A stretch of DNA of 64,000 nt from Octopus sinensis (taxonomy: Eukaryota), in NCBI RefSeq assembly GCF_006345805.1, contig NC_043001.1, positions 42,532,001 to 42,596,000 of the forward strand. The letters run 5' to 3'. A program made the translations under genes and the position numbers. The notes beneath the pieces are model-generated. The model saw nothing but the letters and a program-made list of their open reading frames with translations, did no database searches and was not told the DNA's origin. Shown piece by piece: positions 24,221 through 38,114 of this stretch. Numbering within the stretch: position 1 is the stretch's first letter; every line of letters starts with the position of its first letter.

Positions 24221-24521
24221 GAGGTGCAATGGCCCAGTGGTTAGGGTAGCGGACTCGCTGTCGTAGGGTCGCGGTTTCAATTCCCAGACCAGGTGTTGTG
24301 AGTGTTTATTGAGCAAAAACACCTAAAGCTCCATGAAGCTCCGGGATGGGGTGGTGGCGATCCCTGCTGTACTCTTTCGCCACAACTTTCTCTCACTCTT
24401 CCTTCTGTTGGCCTGCTCGCTTAGCCAGCGGGGTGGCGTCATTTGAAGGCTAAAACAATGTGAAGTGCATTGTGACCAGCGATGTGTAGCAACACATCTG
24501 ATAGCCTGGTCGGTCACGGTG
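24220..24521 (+). mobile_element. tRNA-derived SINE inserted in a (TA)n tract
   Basis: A box TGGCCCAGTGG and B-box-like GGTTTCAATTCC. The first ~190 bp are homologous to the SINE at 1191-1776. Confidence 0.85.
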
Positions 24522-24708
24522 GTATATATATATGTATATATATATGTATGTATACATATATATATATATATGTATATATGTATGTGTGTGTGTATATATA
24601 TATAAGAAGTATTGGGGGTGATGTACAGAATGCTGGATGGTTGTAAAAAATATATATATTTACATATCACATTATTTCTTCAAATCACATATTTAATTAC
24701 ATATTTAA

Positions 24709-24927
24709 CCCTTTAGTATTTAAACCGGCCATATCCGGCCAAAATAGCTAATCTGTTTTATGTTCAAACTGACCAGATCCAGGCTCTCACACCTACCCTA
24801 CAATGTTATTCTACATTAAGTAATTACACCATCAAGATCTTGAAGATATGAGATAATGCATGATTAATTCAAATCAATGGGAATCAATAGGCATTATGTT
24901 TGATAGAATAATCTGAACACTAAAGGG
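24709..24927. mobile_element. piggyBac-type MITE (219 bp)
   Basis: TTAA|CCCTTTAG ... CTAAAGGG|TTAA. Confidence 0.9.
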
Positions 24928-25179
24928 TTAAGTGCTTTCAACTGTAGTCTCATCATAAATGTCAGTTTGTAGAGTTTTGCCTGTTTTTATATTATTGGTG
25001 AATGAAGTGGGGGGAGAGAGAGAGTGTGTATATAATGGGAAATAGAGGGAGAGAGAAGGTGAAAGAGAGAGGGGGGAGTGATAGGGAAATAGAGGGAAGG
25101 AGAAGGTGAAAGAGAAAGAATATGGGTATGTGTGTTTTAAAAATGTGTTTTTTTCTTTTTTTTCCTTTTGGGTCCTTTT

Positions 25180-28100
25180 GTATTTTTTAGATGACCTTTG
25201 TATCATCACTCATGTTGATACCCAGGCCTCGCACTGATTTAGGCTCTGGGATTGTAATCCCTTGTGGACTAGTGTATCCTATAAGTTTCATATTCAGTTC
25301 TGGATATTGGCAGTGCAGGGCTTGGAATTTTTCAGTATTAAACTGCATATTATTGTCCTTAGCCCGTCTGTAAATTGAGTCCAACTTTTGCTGCAGGTGT
25401 TCAACATCGCTGGGATTCTGTATTTTCTGCAAGACTTTAGTATCGTTTGTGTAGCTAGCAAAGGTGGCTATCCAGGCAGTTGAAGGTATATCTGAGAGGG
25501 CCACTATGAAAAGCAGTGGACCCAAGACAGTGTCCTGTGGAACCCCACTCACTATTTGTGTTTTCTTTGAGGTGGCTTCATTGGCCTCTACTGCCTGATT
25601 TCTATTTTTCAAAAAGTCATGTAACCACTCTCCAAGTTTTTCAGCTATGCCAAGATAATGCCATTTGTAGCATATCATACCACGATCAACTTCATCAAAA
25701 GCTTTTGCAAAGTCAAGGTATATTACTTCCACATTTAAGTTGTTAAGTAACTTCCTCAACACCCAGTCATAGTGCTGTAAGAGCTGGGTCAGGCAGCTCC
25801 TACCTGATTGAAAGCCATGCTGGGTACCACTCAGCAAGTTATTTTCTTCAAGGTATGCGATTAGTTTCCCTCTGACTATTCATTCCATGACTTTGCTGAT
25901 GTGTGAAGTCAGTGAAATAGGCCTATAGTTTTTTGGCATCTACTCTATTTCTTCCTTTATGGATTGGGCATATTATTCTGTCCTTCAGTTTGCCTGGCAG
26001 TCTGCCATTTGCAAGAAAGTTCTGGAAGAGGATGTGCTAGGGCATGCTTACATGATTTGAGGAGGATTGCCTGGAAACCATCAGGACCAGCAGTTGAGTT
26101 TGCATCAACCTCATCTATGGCTAGTAGTATATCCTCTTTACTAATGTCAATGTAATCCATCATAACTGCCTCACTGGTTATAGGTGAGGCAGCAAAGAAA
26201 TCCACTGGTTCATTCACTTATCTGTGTTCCAATGGAGTGGTAAAGGCACTTTTGAACTGGTCATTTAATACCTCACTGGTTCTGGTTGGACTATCTGTGA
26301 GGGAGCCATCCTTTTGGAAGAGCGGTCCTATTTTGCAGCGTACTGATGCTGTTTCTTTGGCATAATGAGAGAAGGCCTTTGGGTTTGATTTAATGTTTTT
26401 TATAACCCAGGCTTCTTTGTCTACTCTCTCCCTCACATAAGATTGTTGCAGGCTTTTTTCAGTCTCCATTAGTGTTGTTTTTAGATGGGACCTTTCCCTA
26501 CTTTTGGAATGTTGGTTGAAGCGATTTGCAAACTTCGTCCATCGTCTCATGAGGATCTCCCTCTCCCTTGGAATCTTGTTCCTTTTTGTGTTGGCCTTGT
26601 GCTCTGAGACATATTTCTGGCATGTGATTTACAAAACAGACATGAAATATTCTAGCTTCATGCCAATGTCTGGTGTGGAGAGACATTTTAGCCAGTCTTG
26701 TCTGAGGACTTCTTTTTGGATCTATTTCAAGTCTGCTTTGTGGAAGTTCAGATTGGAGAGATTTTGGGTGCTTCCTTTAGGCTGTCTGTCTCTGGCTACT
26801 TTTGGTCCACACATAGACAGCTCTATTATGTTATAATCCAAAACTAATGACGACATCACTTTCACATCATGAACAATGTTCATATTGTTTGTGAAGCAGA
26901 GATCCAAAATGTTATTCGCCCTAGTTGGTTTGAGCACAACTTACTCCATGAATAGGGCATTGGTAAGGTTGAGCAGGGACTCCACCTGTGCTTGTTTGCA
27001 ATGAGTCATTCCTGAGAGCATGAGGCCTTTGGGCCATTTGACATTGGGGAAGTTGAAATCACCCATAAATGATGTTCCAGTTTCATGAGGATTTCTTTAA
27101 TTCTTATGAGGCAATCTTCAAATTTGCCCATGTGGTTTGGAACACCTGGTGGGTGATATGTATTGCATATGACTATATGGTGTTGCCTTATGTATACTAT
27201 TAGTGTCACATACTGAATTTGAGTACGACAGTAAGACCTGGGGTGTGAGTTCTTCCCAGATATATACAGCAACTCCACCATGCCCCCTTTCTCTTCTGTC
27301 TGTTCGCAGTATGGTATATTTTGGTACATGTACTTGTGATCCTCTATATCAGGGTTCAGATGCTATGCATAGGACTTGATTGCATGCAGCAAGGTCTCAG
27401 GAAAAAGATTTTGCTTTTGTTGTTGTGATGCAACAAGCCCCCAATATTTAGCAAAAATATTGACATGACTGTACAGGCATTAGGGGAGGCCATCCCACAT
27501 CTGTTGATTGTGGTGGTCTTGCAGAGTGGTGGGCAAGGTTCCTTGTTTGCACTTGATGTAGCCAGGTCAGCTGCTGCCTTGTGCATAACATCTGAAGAGC
27601 ACACTGCATTTGTATAGTTTTTTTTTTTTTGGAGATGATTGGTGCTTTTCCTCAGGGAAGTATTTCTCCTTAAAGCCCCTGTAGTTTTGGTGAGGTCTCG
27701 GGTGAACAAACCAGCAGTTTGTACTGTCTTCCCCATGCCAACACTTGCCTTGCAGGTAAAATTTGCATGTCCTTGACTGCACTCCAAATTTCTTCTCTAG
27801 GATTCCATTGGAGCCTCCATATTTGAGTTTTCTGTTTTTTGTTTGATGGTTTGGGGTTTCAGTTTTAGTTATTTCATATTTTCCTTTTCCTTCTTTATGT
27901 TTGTGCTTGTGTTCTTTCCTTCCCTTTCTGGTGGTAGTGCTTGCATCCCTCTAGTTGTCCAATGGAGTGAGGGCTCCATTCCTTTATAGGACAACTGACA
28001 CAGGGAACTTCTGGTTGTTGCTTCTTCAGCTTCCTTATCATCCTGATTATTCACAGGGGTGGGGGATCCATTCTTTTGTGGGACCACTGAATCAAAGAGA

Positions 28101-28400
28101 CTTCTGGTTTTTGCTTCATTTTCCCTATCCTTATCAGCCTTGTCACAGTAGTTTTCCATGATGACATCAAGAGTGTCAGTGAGTAGTCTAGTAAGGGTAT
28201 AGGATCAGATGAATTCATTTTTCTTCCGCTCTATCTGCTCAATGGTTCTAAAGAAGCCATTGTTTTTCAGTGTAGCAGTGATGATGTTGTGTGGTGGATT
28301 GCCACTAGCAATCACCCATGCTTACAACAGAAGATTCAAATCTATACTCTCCCACTTTGGTGCCATCTTCATCTTATTCTTATTTTATTTATTTTTATAT
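25180..28400 (-). mobile_element. CR1/L2-group LINE with ORF1 (CCCH zinc finger), APE and RT; 3'-truncated and degenerate
   Basis: ORF1 starts at about ATG 28366 and contains CKFYLQGKCWHG...CWFVHP. APE motifs GDFNFP and NNILDLCFTN. RT motifs AGPDGF, YRPISLTSH, QHGFQSGRSC, YLDFAKAFD, SGVPQDTVLGPLLF. Confidence 0.9.
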
Positions 28401-28428
28401 TTCTTAGTTACATAATCAATCATTATTA

Positions 28429-28641
28429 CAAGGAGGTGCTGAAAAGTTCCTGGCTTTAAGGGTGTTGCAAAAGGCCTGATTAGAGGCCTAACCTTCCAAG
28501 TTCTTTTACAAGGCTTAAAAAAACTGAAGGACCGCTGCAATAAGTATGTGAATCTGAGAGGGGAACATATTGGATGAAATCATAACTGATCCTCCTGTAT
28601 TTTCTTTTACACAAAGCCAGGAACTTTTCAGCACCCTCTCA
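28429..28641 (+). mobile_element. Mariner-derived MITE (213 bp)
   Basis: TA|CAAGGAGGTGCTGAAAAGTTCCTGGCTTT ... AAAGCCAGGAACTTTTCAGCACCCTCTCA|TA. It retains a transposase C-terminus-like GLKKLKDRCNKYVNLRGEHIG*. Confidence 0.88.
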
Positions 28642-30513
28642 TAGTTTGTTGTATTTATCACTACTTACATATGTTTAGTGGGAAGGCAATAATATAAATC
28701 ATATAACTTCATTATATGGAATATTTGTAAAGAGCAGCAACTATCCCAGTCAGAGTGGTAACTTGATGTGTGTGAACAAGATTCTAAAATCTCAAGTATC
28801 CTTGTATAGCTGTAATTAGGCAACATACAAAATACAACTTGTAGCATTAATGCTTCCTTACCTTGCATTAATAAATTCAAATTGTCCTACTTTGAAGAGA
28901 GATGAGTTATGGAAGGTTGACTTATCCTAGATATACTACAAGATCTTCAAGTACTGTCATTGTATTCACTTTATTATGCTTATAATACTCTTTCCCTTTC
29001 TCTGGTTTGAAAAATGTTTACTAAAGTTGATTTCTATAAAAATAATCAATAATCACAATACTAGTGTATTTAAAAAAGATACATTGGACTTACCATTATT
29101 ACTAATTTTGTAGAACTGGTAAATCTATTTCCCTGTGTTAGATCCAATGTTTCTTTTTGCAAAAAATATAATATTCTGTAATACATAATGAGTTGAACTA
29201 TTGATAATTAAATATCTTCCCCAGCATACTGAGAATTAGTTTAAAAATAAAAGGATCAGTTGATTCTTTACCCATTTCTTTCTAATATCTGAAAAAGAAG
29301 GGGTCTGGAGTAAAATAAGGGGTGCTAGATTGATTCCATTTTGTATTTGAATATTTCTAATTTATCTTATTTTCTCTGATGCAACAAGAATATGTTAATT
29401 GAAAATATGACAGTGAAGTGTCTGAATAACTATCTTAGGGTATTTAGTTATATCCTTTCTTTATATTTTTGAGTTGAAATTCAGTTGAAGTTGGATTGAC
29501 CTTTCATTCTTCAGCTATCAATAAAATACTTTACAAGTTGGATACTCAAGCCAGTTTAATTAATTGTAATGCTCACAATCAAATTTGTGTCTGTGCAGTA
29601 AAGTTAGAAATTACGAGAGAAGGGAGGTGGCACTTTGAGTTCAAATTTCACCGAGATGGATTTTGTTTTTCATTCTTCTGACTCCAATAAAATGAATATC
29701 CTTAAGTTTGGTAATTAAATCAACTATATTACTCCTGATAAAAATATAGCCCATAGCCATTATAAAACATTGTTAATACCATTTCATCAAAGGAAAATTC
29801 TGTTACCTCCTTCTCACTGAGCCAACAATTCATAAAGAAAAAAAAAAAATTTTTTTTGTTATAGAGTTTTATAAACATGAGTGGGTATCTTATTTTATCT
29901 GAAACATGAAATCTAGACTTGTGATACAGTCTTGACTTTATGCTGAATATAGAGACCGAATTAGAAGTTACATGCATTTACAAGTCAGATTTGATTTGAA
30001 TACAAGTTATTTATGAGAACAGAGCTTAAGTTCGGCAAATAAAAACACTGAATTTAAGTCCCCCCAATTACTAAAAGCACAGAATTTTAGCAAATAGTAT
30101 TTTTTAAAATTCTTCTTCCATCAATCTTACAGGTGACCAGTTCAGTTTTTAACTATAACGCAAACTACTCTGATTCAAAGCCTAACTGTGAAAACAAAAT
30201 TTTTTAATTTGTGTTCTTTGTTTTGAGCCAATTCTTTTAACTGATGAAAATGCTTAATCCACACATGAAGCTTTTGTTTTGAAAATTATAAAACAGGAGC
30301 CTAATAATTTATGTTGAATTTCATGAGTATTTTATGTGAGGTTACGAAGGTAAAGTACTAGAGTATTGGTAGAATAGCCATTGATTTATACCCCTGAGGT
30401 ATAAACACCGCTAGAGTTTGAATGAGCAAAAAGTAAGCTCCACTCCTACTTCACTATCAAAGTGATTATCTGTAAGAAGGATATCCAGTTGTAAGACATT
30501 GAGAAATTGATGT

Positions 30514-30564
30514 AAAAAAACAAAAATTAAAACACACTCTCCAATCTGTTGTAAATACTTTATT
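30514..30564 (-). terminator. Candidate LRRC58 polyadenylation signal with downstream U/GU-rich element
   Basis: Minus-strand AATAAA at 30559-30564, followed about 25 nt downstream by AGAGTGTGTTTTAATTTTTGTTTTTTT. This would give a ~1.37-kb 3' UTR. Confidence 0.45.
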
Positions 30565-31258
30565 TAAATTCATTTCTTTTTATAAATAAATAAAATTAAA
30601 TACTATTGGATTTTTAAAAGTAATATAATTAGACAAGTTATAACAAGTAAATTACTATATAAACAAATCATTTTCTTTTTAATAACAGCATTCATTCAGT
30701 TGATTTGTATTTACTTTCTTCAGTAAATCAAATGCAATAAAATCGCTGAATTTTGATGAAATATGAAGATATATTTAGAAAAATAAATATGAAAGGCAAA
30801 ACTTATTTTTGAAGATGGTCTCTTAAATATAAACTGCATGATTGTGTGTATGTGTCTGCTTTTCACAACTCCTAAAGTTGTAGTTTAACCCTAAGTCAGC
30901 CCTGATTGAGCAAACCTATGATCCAAGGCATTTTAGTTGCAACCATCCCACACTTTTTTTGTATATGAGAGACTAGATTGTTCAGTATAGTATACTTAAA
31001 ATAGTGGGGTGTGATTAGAAAATTTGGTTATTATTTTCTAGCAGGTCATGCAACTGCTGACTCAACAACTTCATCTCTATAGGTAACTAGACTTGAGTAA
31101 GAAAATGAAGCTTGGTTGCAGCAACATTACACAAAAATTGCAAACATTTACATGTTGGGAAGCATTAATACAAACTGACTTTCCTATTTATTTTAATAAA
31201 TTTAGCTAGATGTAATTTAGAATAACATATTTACATATGTAGAGTATCTATCTGTCTT

Positions 31259-31292
<34 letters not shown>

Positions 31293-31917
31293 ATATATAT
31301 AAGAGAACCACACATACAACCAGCAGTAAGTAATATGCTATAAATGATGTAGCTGTTTAAGTGATATGCATTTCTACATAACACTCATGCCAGCAACCAG
31401 GTTTTTAATCACAGTTGAATTCAAATTAGTCAATGGTAAATCATTAAATGTTTAGTATTTTAAAAAATTCTTTACCTGAGATAAAAATTGGTTTCTATTC
31501 ACAGAACATAACAAGGCAAAACATGAAATAGTGATTTTTCCCCTGAATTTTCTTAGTTGTTGCTATGTGTAAATTTAGAAAGAAAATTTACTATTTATAG
31601 TATTAACTAACTTTTTTTTTCTATGTATTATTGCAGAACTAAAGACAAATCTGACAGAGGACCAGCCTGCAGAATAAAATAAGACAGGATAAAATTATAT
31701 AGTCAAAAGGTTTTGTTGTTTTTTTCCCTTTTTCTTTTTAAGTTATAAGATATTTAATCAAAGATAGATTATTTGAAAAATACAGTTCAATAAACTTTGA
31801 TTTTCATGAAATGGCTTTTGTGACATGCAGGGAGGATGTCTTAAATATTTTGAACATCCAATGGCAGTGAGATTAAATCAAATGCAAAGGGGTAAAATAT
31901 TAACAATTTGTAAATAA

Positions 31918-32111
31918 TTATCCTAAAAGAACTTTCTTCATGATTCCATTAGCTACGTCCTCTTCATCTGTTTCTGTGTCACTGTTACCTCGCACTGACG
32001 GCTGGGATGTGGTACATCTTGGAGTACACAAGTACTGTAACAAGGGCAAACGATACTTGCCACAAAAGTCAACAAAGTTCACACTTTCAAAACGTGATGA
32101 AAAGTAAACAC
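31918..32111 (-). CDS. LRRC58: LRRC58 final coding exon
   Basis: TAG| acceptor, phase 1 (G+GT = Gly). Reads VYFSSRFESVNFVDFCGKYRLPLLQYLCTPRC...SDTETDEED...MKKVLLG*, matching human FVDFCGKYRLPLMHYLCSPEC...MQKVLLG. The joined CDS is 1062 nt = 353 aa + stop. Confidence 0.96.
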
Positions 32112-32419
32112 CTATAAAATATAAACAGATAATTATATATATATATATATATTCACCATGTTGGACCACTGAACTCAACAAATTTTTTTCTCATTCACTC
32201 TCTATTTATTGTCTCTTATTCTTTTTTGTCAAAGAGTGTAGGCTCAAAACTTAAAAGACTTTTCCATTTTTTTCTGAGTGTCAAACTAATACACTTGCTT
32301 GTTGTTCCTACACCTGTCTTCATCTTTGTTTTTCTATAAATTTGAACTATATATACACACACACACACACATTGACATTTTAGTACTAATTTTTACTCAT
32401 AGTTTGGACTTTAGACTCC

Positions 32420-32960
32420 TGAAAAACTTGGATGAGCTGGTGCAGTTGTGCACGCATTGGACAAGTGTGTTTGGCACTATGCAGGAGGACAAAAGTTTGA
32501 GTCCTAAGGTCTCTGGTTCTCCCCGTCTTACTCTATAGTTGTGAGACTTGGACACTGTCTGGGGCCCTTAGGAGCTGCCTGAACTCACTTGGTAGCAGGA
32601 TGTTATGCAAAATTATGGGTTACCATATTGTATCCAACCAATAGCTCTGCTCAAAAACTGGGATGCATCCTGTTATTTGCTTGAATTGGGAGCATCTGTT
32701 CAAACTGTTTAGCCATGTTGCTTGATTTTCCAAGCTAGGCCCTGCTTACCATGCTCTCTTCACTGAGGATCCAGCTGGGTTGACAGCTCATGTTGGTCAG
32801 CTACATGGTCACAGCAGATGAGGAGGTATCACGTGGAAATGAGGACTGACTGGGACTTTGTTCAATGGGTTGTCTGGAAGGACCCAAAAATATACCAACA
32901 AATGGTGACTGCAGTAATGCACTGCAACAATGCATACCCCAACATCTGGCCTGACTCATA
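32420..32960 (+). mobile_element. Degenerate RTE LINE C-terminal fragment (different family)
   Basis: LVLPVLLYSCETWTLS...LFSHVA motifs across frameshifts. Confidence 0.65.
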
Positions 32961-33699
32961 GTGCTGATAAAATAGAACATTGCATATGTTGTATTTTAAA
33001 GGGAAATTTAATTCAGTTGTACTTTGCTTTCATTCAGCCTGTTAATATATTTATTCATATGTCACCAAGAATACATACACACACATTCAGTAAAACAAAA
33101 TAGAGCAAGTGATGAGTTAGGTAGAGGAAGCTTTTGACAACTAAATTTCAACAAGCTGTCAGGAAATATTAGAAAACAAAACAAAATTTTGAAAAATTGA
33201 AAATATTTTTGAAAGAAGTGCCTACTTCACTTACAGTCTACTACATTTAAAACAGATGGCATTACTGTTATACCTCCTTTCTACTATCATGTTCTTTATA
33301 ATTACTGATCTCTTGTGACTTCCTTCGGCTTTCTTACGTTGCTAATTATCAATGAGAACAAAACTAAATAGTATTTGGTAACTATAAGCTTTTTATCAAC
33401 TTAATGGATATATTAAATCATATGTCAGTAGCAAATATTGTATAGTACTCCACCACTAGTCTTTAGCTATAAGAACTCATGATGATTAAAGCCAGCAATC
33501 CAGCCTCTTTGTCTTTACGTTCTCCATCTATTCATCTTATTCTCTCCTGCATTTGCTTTAATGAAGTTTGAAAATGCTGAGGAATTTTGTCAAATAACCT
33601 TGTCACTTTAAAACAGGAAGTTTATGCCACAGATAGATGGTCTCAGATAGATTGGTATCAAAAGGGTTAATGTCAATAGTAATACAAAAGAATAGTAGA

Positions 33700-35350
33700 G
33701 TAGGCTGTTAAGTGTTACCAGGATAATATCAAGGAAAAGTTCAAGCCCTAATCAAATCAGTATCATCCAAGTATGTGGATGCAGAGTCAAAGTCAATATT
33801 GTGGTGGAATAATGTAGGTATAAAAGACCAAGTGAAAGGTTTAAAAGAAGCAGAACAAGTAGTCTGAATCCTAATCAAGAGGCTAGGCAGAAAGCAAGAA
33901 TCAAGTTTTCTTCAAGGAAAACTTAGAGTTAATGCCCTACTATAAAGAGAAAAGCTATGGAGGATTCTAAATTGCAAGGCAAAATGTTTGTATGAACCAA
34001 GATGTTATTGACAGTGCAAAGAAAAAGAGGTGTTGAATTACTACCATGAAAAGTTGTAGAAGGAGAGTAAATATCCATTCCACATAGATCCAACAGAAAC
34101 TAAAGGGATTTAGCTTGATTAGTAAGGGTAATTAGTTAGATTTAAGCAGTGAATGCTACTGGAACATTCAAAATAGTTGCAGAAATGTTAGCTCAAATGT
34201 CTGGCAAAAACTATCCATTATAAGGCAAAGAAATGTAGAGGAGAAAAGTAATTATCAAATTTTTGATTCACAAAGTCACAACTGTTGGAAGTTATTAAGT
34301 GTTTTTGTTTGGATAAGATATTGTCTCTAAATGGAAATATTACATTTGTGCATCCATATTCACAAAGAGACAAATACAGAACAAGTTATTACTTAAGGTC
34401 TTACATTCTGTATTCTAGTGGGTAATGGAAAAGTCAAGTGTAGATCAGGTAAGGAAGTGTTTATAGGAAATTTCAGGATGAAGCTTCTGTTCAGCTTAGG
34501 TTTTAAAATTACATTCAAAATATATATCTTTGTGAACTTTTTTTTGCTGGTGACCTAGTTGTCATAGCAAAATATTTTGAAGAATTAAAGAAAAAAAAAG
34601 GCCTTAAAATGAAAAACCCAAAATGTCAACATGACAAAAACCAAAACTCTAATTGGTAGAGAGAGCTGAAATCTGAAAGTGATATAGTTTGATATGTTTG
34701 GGAAGAGTTAGTGGGATCCTAGTATTATGTAATTAGTGTAAGCAATGAATATACAAAAGATACAGTGGGAATTCTAGAGAATGGTTATGAACAAGGATTT
34801 CAGATGTGCTACATATACAAGAGTAGTTAACCAAATAAGCACTTATAAAGTGAAGTCCATAAACTTCTCAGATGGGTCATCTGAGATAGTAATTTCTGTT
34901 CCCTTTTTCAATTAGGGGTATTTCTAGAGAAAGTATAGCAGCTTGAGTAAGAAAGGAGTGAAAGAAATTCTCATATTTATTTGTAATAAGAGGTTTCTCT
35001 CTTCATGCAAAAGACGCTGTATGAAGAAGTGTGATGCTGCATGTTTGTGAAACACAGGCATTGAATACAAACGTCTTTCAGATTCTGAAGAGAAAGGAGT
35101 CAAGTGTGAGAGATAGGATGTGCAACACTAATTTCCATGAAAGGTTGAGCATAGAAGAAGGGGTATCAATCAATGAGCGCAAGAGACTATACTGATTTGA
35201 CAGGAGATACAAATGCACTACAAATGATTAGAGGAAATGTGTTATGTACTAAGAGTGAAAGATACTTCTAGTAGTAGACATGGAAAGAAACAGTGATGCC
35301 TCAGTAGGTTTGGTCTCAGATAAGATAATACAGAATTAAGGGAAGTGGCG
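33700..35350 (+). mobile_element. Ancient, highly diverged RTE LINE
   Basis: Patchy colinear nucleotide similarity to 18830-21242; ends in a gatgatgat tail. Confidence 0.55.
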
Positions 35351-36389
35351 ATGATGATAATGGTGGTGTGATCATTATTATTGTACCACATCCATTACTA
35401 TCCCTACTATCATCAACATTTCAATATCCAGCATGAATTGGACAAGTCTGTAATAATTCTCCCATTGAGTAATCTTAACTGTGGGTTCCTTTAATCACAG
35501 TACTTTTTATTCAGTCATTCATTTGCATTTATTTCTCTGCATACTAAACAGGTTATAATCAACTTATACCTCTCCAATAATTAAAGATCCTCTTGTTTTA
35601 TAAGCATATAGCCTACTTTTTATACAATGTGATAAATCTTTTGCTGACTGTTTTATGACTATCCATCATTAACCTTATTCACTATGCTTCCACGTCCTAT
35701 ATTTCCTCAACTATTTATGTCACTTAAATAACAAGGTTTATCAACTATTTATGATCAGGAGCAGAGTATAGGTAGAGGAGTGCATGGGGTACATGATGAG
35801 GGCCCTTATGTATGTGTTTCAAGTTAGCCAAGAGAGCAAAAGTAAAATGAAAAAGAAGTGGAGGTAGGGTGTTGATGAGAGAACCCGTTACACTTGAAGC
35901 AGTGTACAGAAAACAAAAGAGATCCACTACCATCCTTGGTCACACCAGCAACTGTGAGATTGAGAAGAGGGGAGAATGATCAAGAGAAAAACAATGGGGA
36001 TATGAGAGATAGATAGATGAATGATAAAGATAATGTGTGATTAGAGGTTCAAGTAATGAGGGCAAGTATAGGAATGTAAATGAAGTCAATAATATAGACT
36101 TGACAGTACACACACACACACGCACACACATATATGAACCACAAAAGGTCAGAAGGTATAAGAGATTAATATATTTATTTAACCACTTGACATCCTTACA
36201 CACACACACAATTTTAACATCCATTTTGTTATGCCCGGATGGGGTAGTCAACAGCTTGTAAAACTGATTCTTGTATTCAACTAACACATGATGTCAAGAC
36301 ATGAAAAAATCTCGCTCACAAACACACACTTATACATATATGTATTATAATGGGTTTCTTACAGATTCTGCCAACCAAATTCACTTGCA

Positions 36390-36680
36390 AGATCCCACTC
36401 ATGTACCTGTTAATTCTCTTCCTAGTCAATTGTGCTACTTCAATAATTACTGCTCTCTAGTGTGTTAAACTTTATCCTTGTAGCAGTTGATGATGTTATT
36501 ACACCAGTCATTAGGTATAACACCTTCCTGTACAACCTGATTTAGTATGCAGATGATTTGTCCATATCACACTTTGCCAGATATTTTAAGTATCATGGTG
36601 GTGATTTCTGATGGACTAAGTGCCTTCCTGCTACATCCATTATTTTGCTGTCAACTTGAATGGTTGGAGTCTGTTGGATT
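36390..36680 (-). mobile_element. RTE LINE fragment
   Basis: Reverse match to the 'cccaatgactggtgtagcagcatcataatcaactgctac' region of 19320-19380. Confidence 0.6.
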
Positions 36681-37316
36681 TACTTGGTGTAAACCCTTTT
36701 TCTTCTATGTTTTTCTTCAATAAACAACCTTTCACAATAGCACTTCTATGACTTTTCATTCTCTTTAAGAGGATCATTATCCTCCCATACACACTTCCCC
36801 CCAACTGTCTTGATTTTTCTCTTGCACATTGTCTTGCAATCAGAAATGTCAATGATCTTTACATGGTAGAACAACAATAATAACAACATTATGGCAACAA
36901 TAGGCATTTGTTTTTATATATACACTGAAAAAGATTGATATATTCATAGAAAAAAAAAACTACATTGCTACAAAACAAAAAGAAAAAAATATTCTTGGCC
37001 TTTAGTTTTGTTTAGTTTGTTGTCTAGCTGAGAAGAGCAGCAATACTTATGAAACTGAATAAATCTTACTAAACATTCCCGTTACCTTTTCCTTTATACT
37101 ACTTCAGCATTTTTCTGGCAAAATAACCAAACTAGAACATGATAGGTTACGTACTGAAATATATTTAGAAATGATAGGCTACGTACTGAAATATATTTAG
37201 AAAACAATGTCTGCTATGCTGTGTTAATGTACTCAAACATTTTGTTAACAAAACACATACTACTGAAGAGGGAATATTTTCATTTTATATATAATCTTTG
37301 ATATCACTTGATTTAA

Positions 37317-37536
37317 CCTTTTAGCATTCAAACTGGCCATCTGTAAGCCAAATATTTCACCTGTTTTATGTTCATACCAGCCAGATCTGGATTCTCACAC
37401 ATACCATAGAATGTCATTCTAAAAATAAACAATCACATCCTCAAAATTTCAAAGCTATGAGATAATGCATAGTTAATTCAAAACATTTTGAATAAATTAG
37501 CATTACATTAGATAGAGTAATCTGAATGCTAACAGG
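37317..37536. mobile_element. piggyBac-type MITE, older copy of the 24709-24927 family
   Basis: TTAA|CCTTTTAGC ... GCTAACAGG|TTGA; the internal sequence is colinear with the first copy. Confidence 0.8.
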
Positions 37537-38114
37537 TTGATACTGATTAATTAGACAAAGCAATATAAGGATCAATGTAGAGCAGGAGATTTTGTAGACT
37601 ACTAATAATAATTACAAACCATTAAAATACATCTTGATCTTTTACCTTCACATCACATTTTAATGACTAAACAAGTATCTAATATTTTAATTAAATTCCC
37701 TTTTTTGTCATCACCTTATTTTACACTGCACAGATATGGTAATTATGATAAACATTTAAAAAGCGAATTAATTATTGTAATGGTCAGTGTAGTATTATGT
37801 ACAATCTACAAGCACTTATAATCATCAATATTGATTTGTTCATCTCAGAGCGATCTTGTGTATATTATGACCAATAACACAGAACTGGCATAATCATGTA
37901 AAAACTTGAGTGTTAGGCTTTTGGACTCAATTGGAAGATGATATTTTAACATATCTATGTGATATAAAAGAGCTAAAAAAAAAGTCTCAATAAAAAAATA
38001 ATGATTAAGAGGGAGAAAGTTCTGAAAACTTTCAGATCCAGTTGTCCTAAATCTACGTTGTCCTAAATCTACATAAGAATAAGAATGTAATTATCTGTCT
38101 GACTTAGCCACAAC

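Noticed and set aside
21178-24670. Numerous short ORFs rich in Y/I/C/V/H/T
   Set aside because: They are translations of (TA)n, (CA)n and (TG)n microsatellites.
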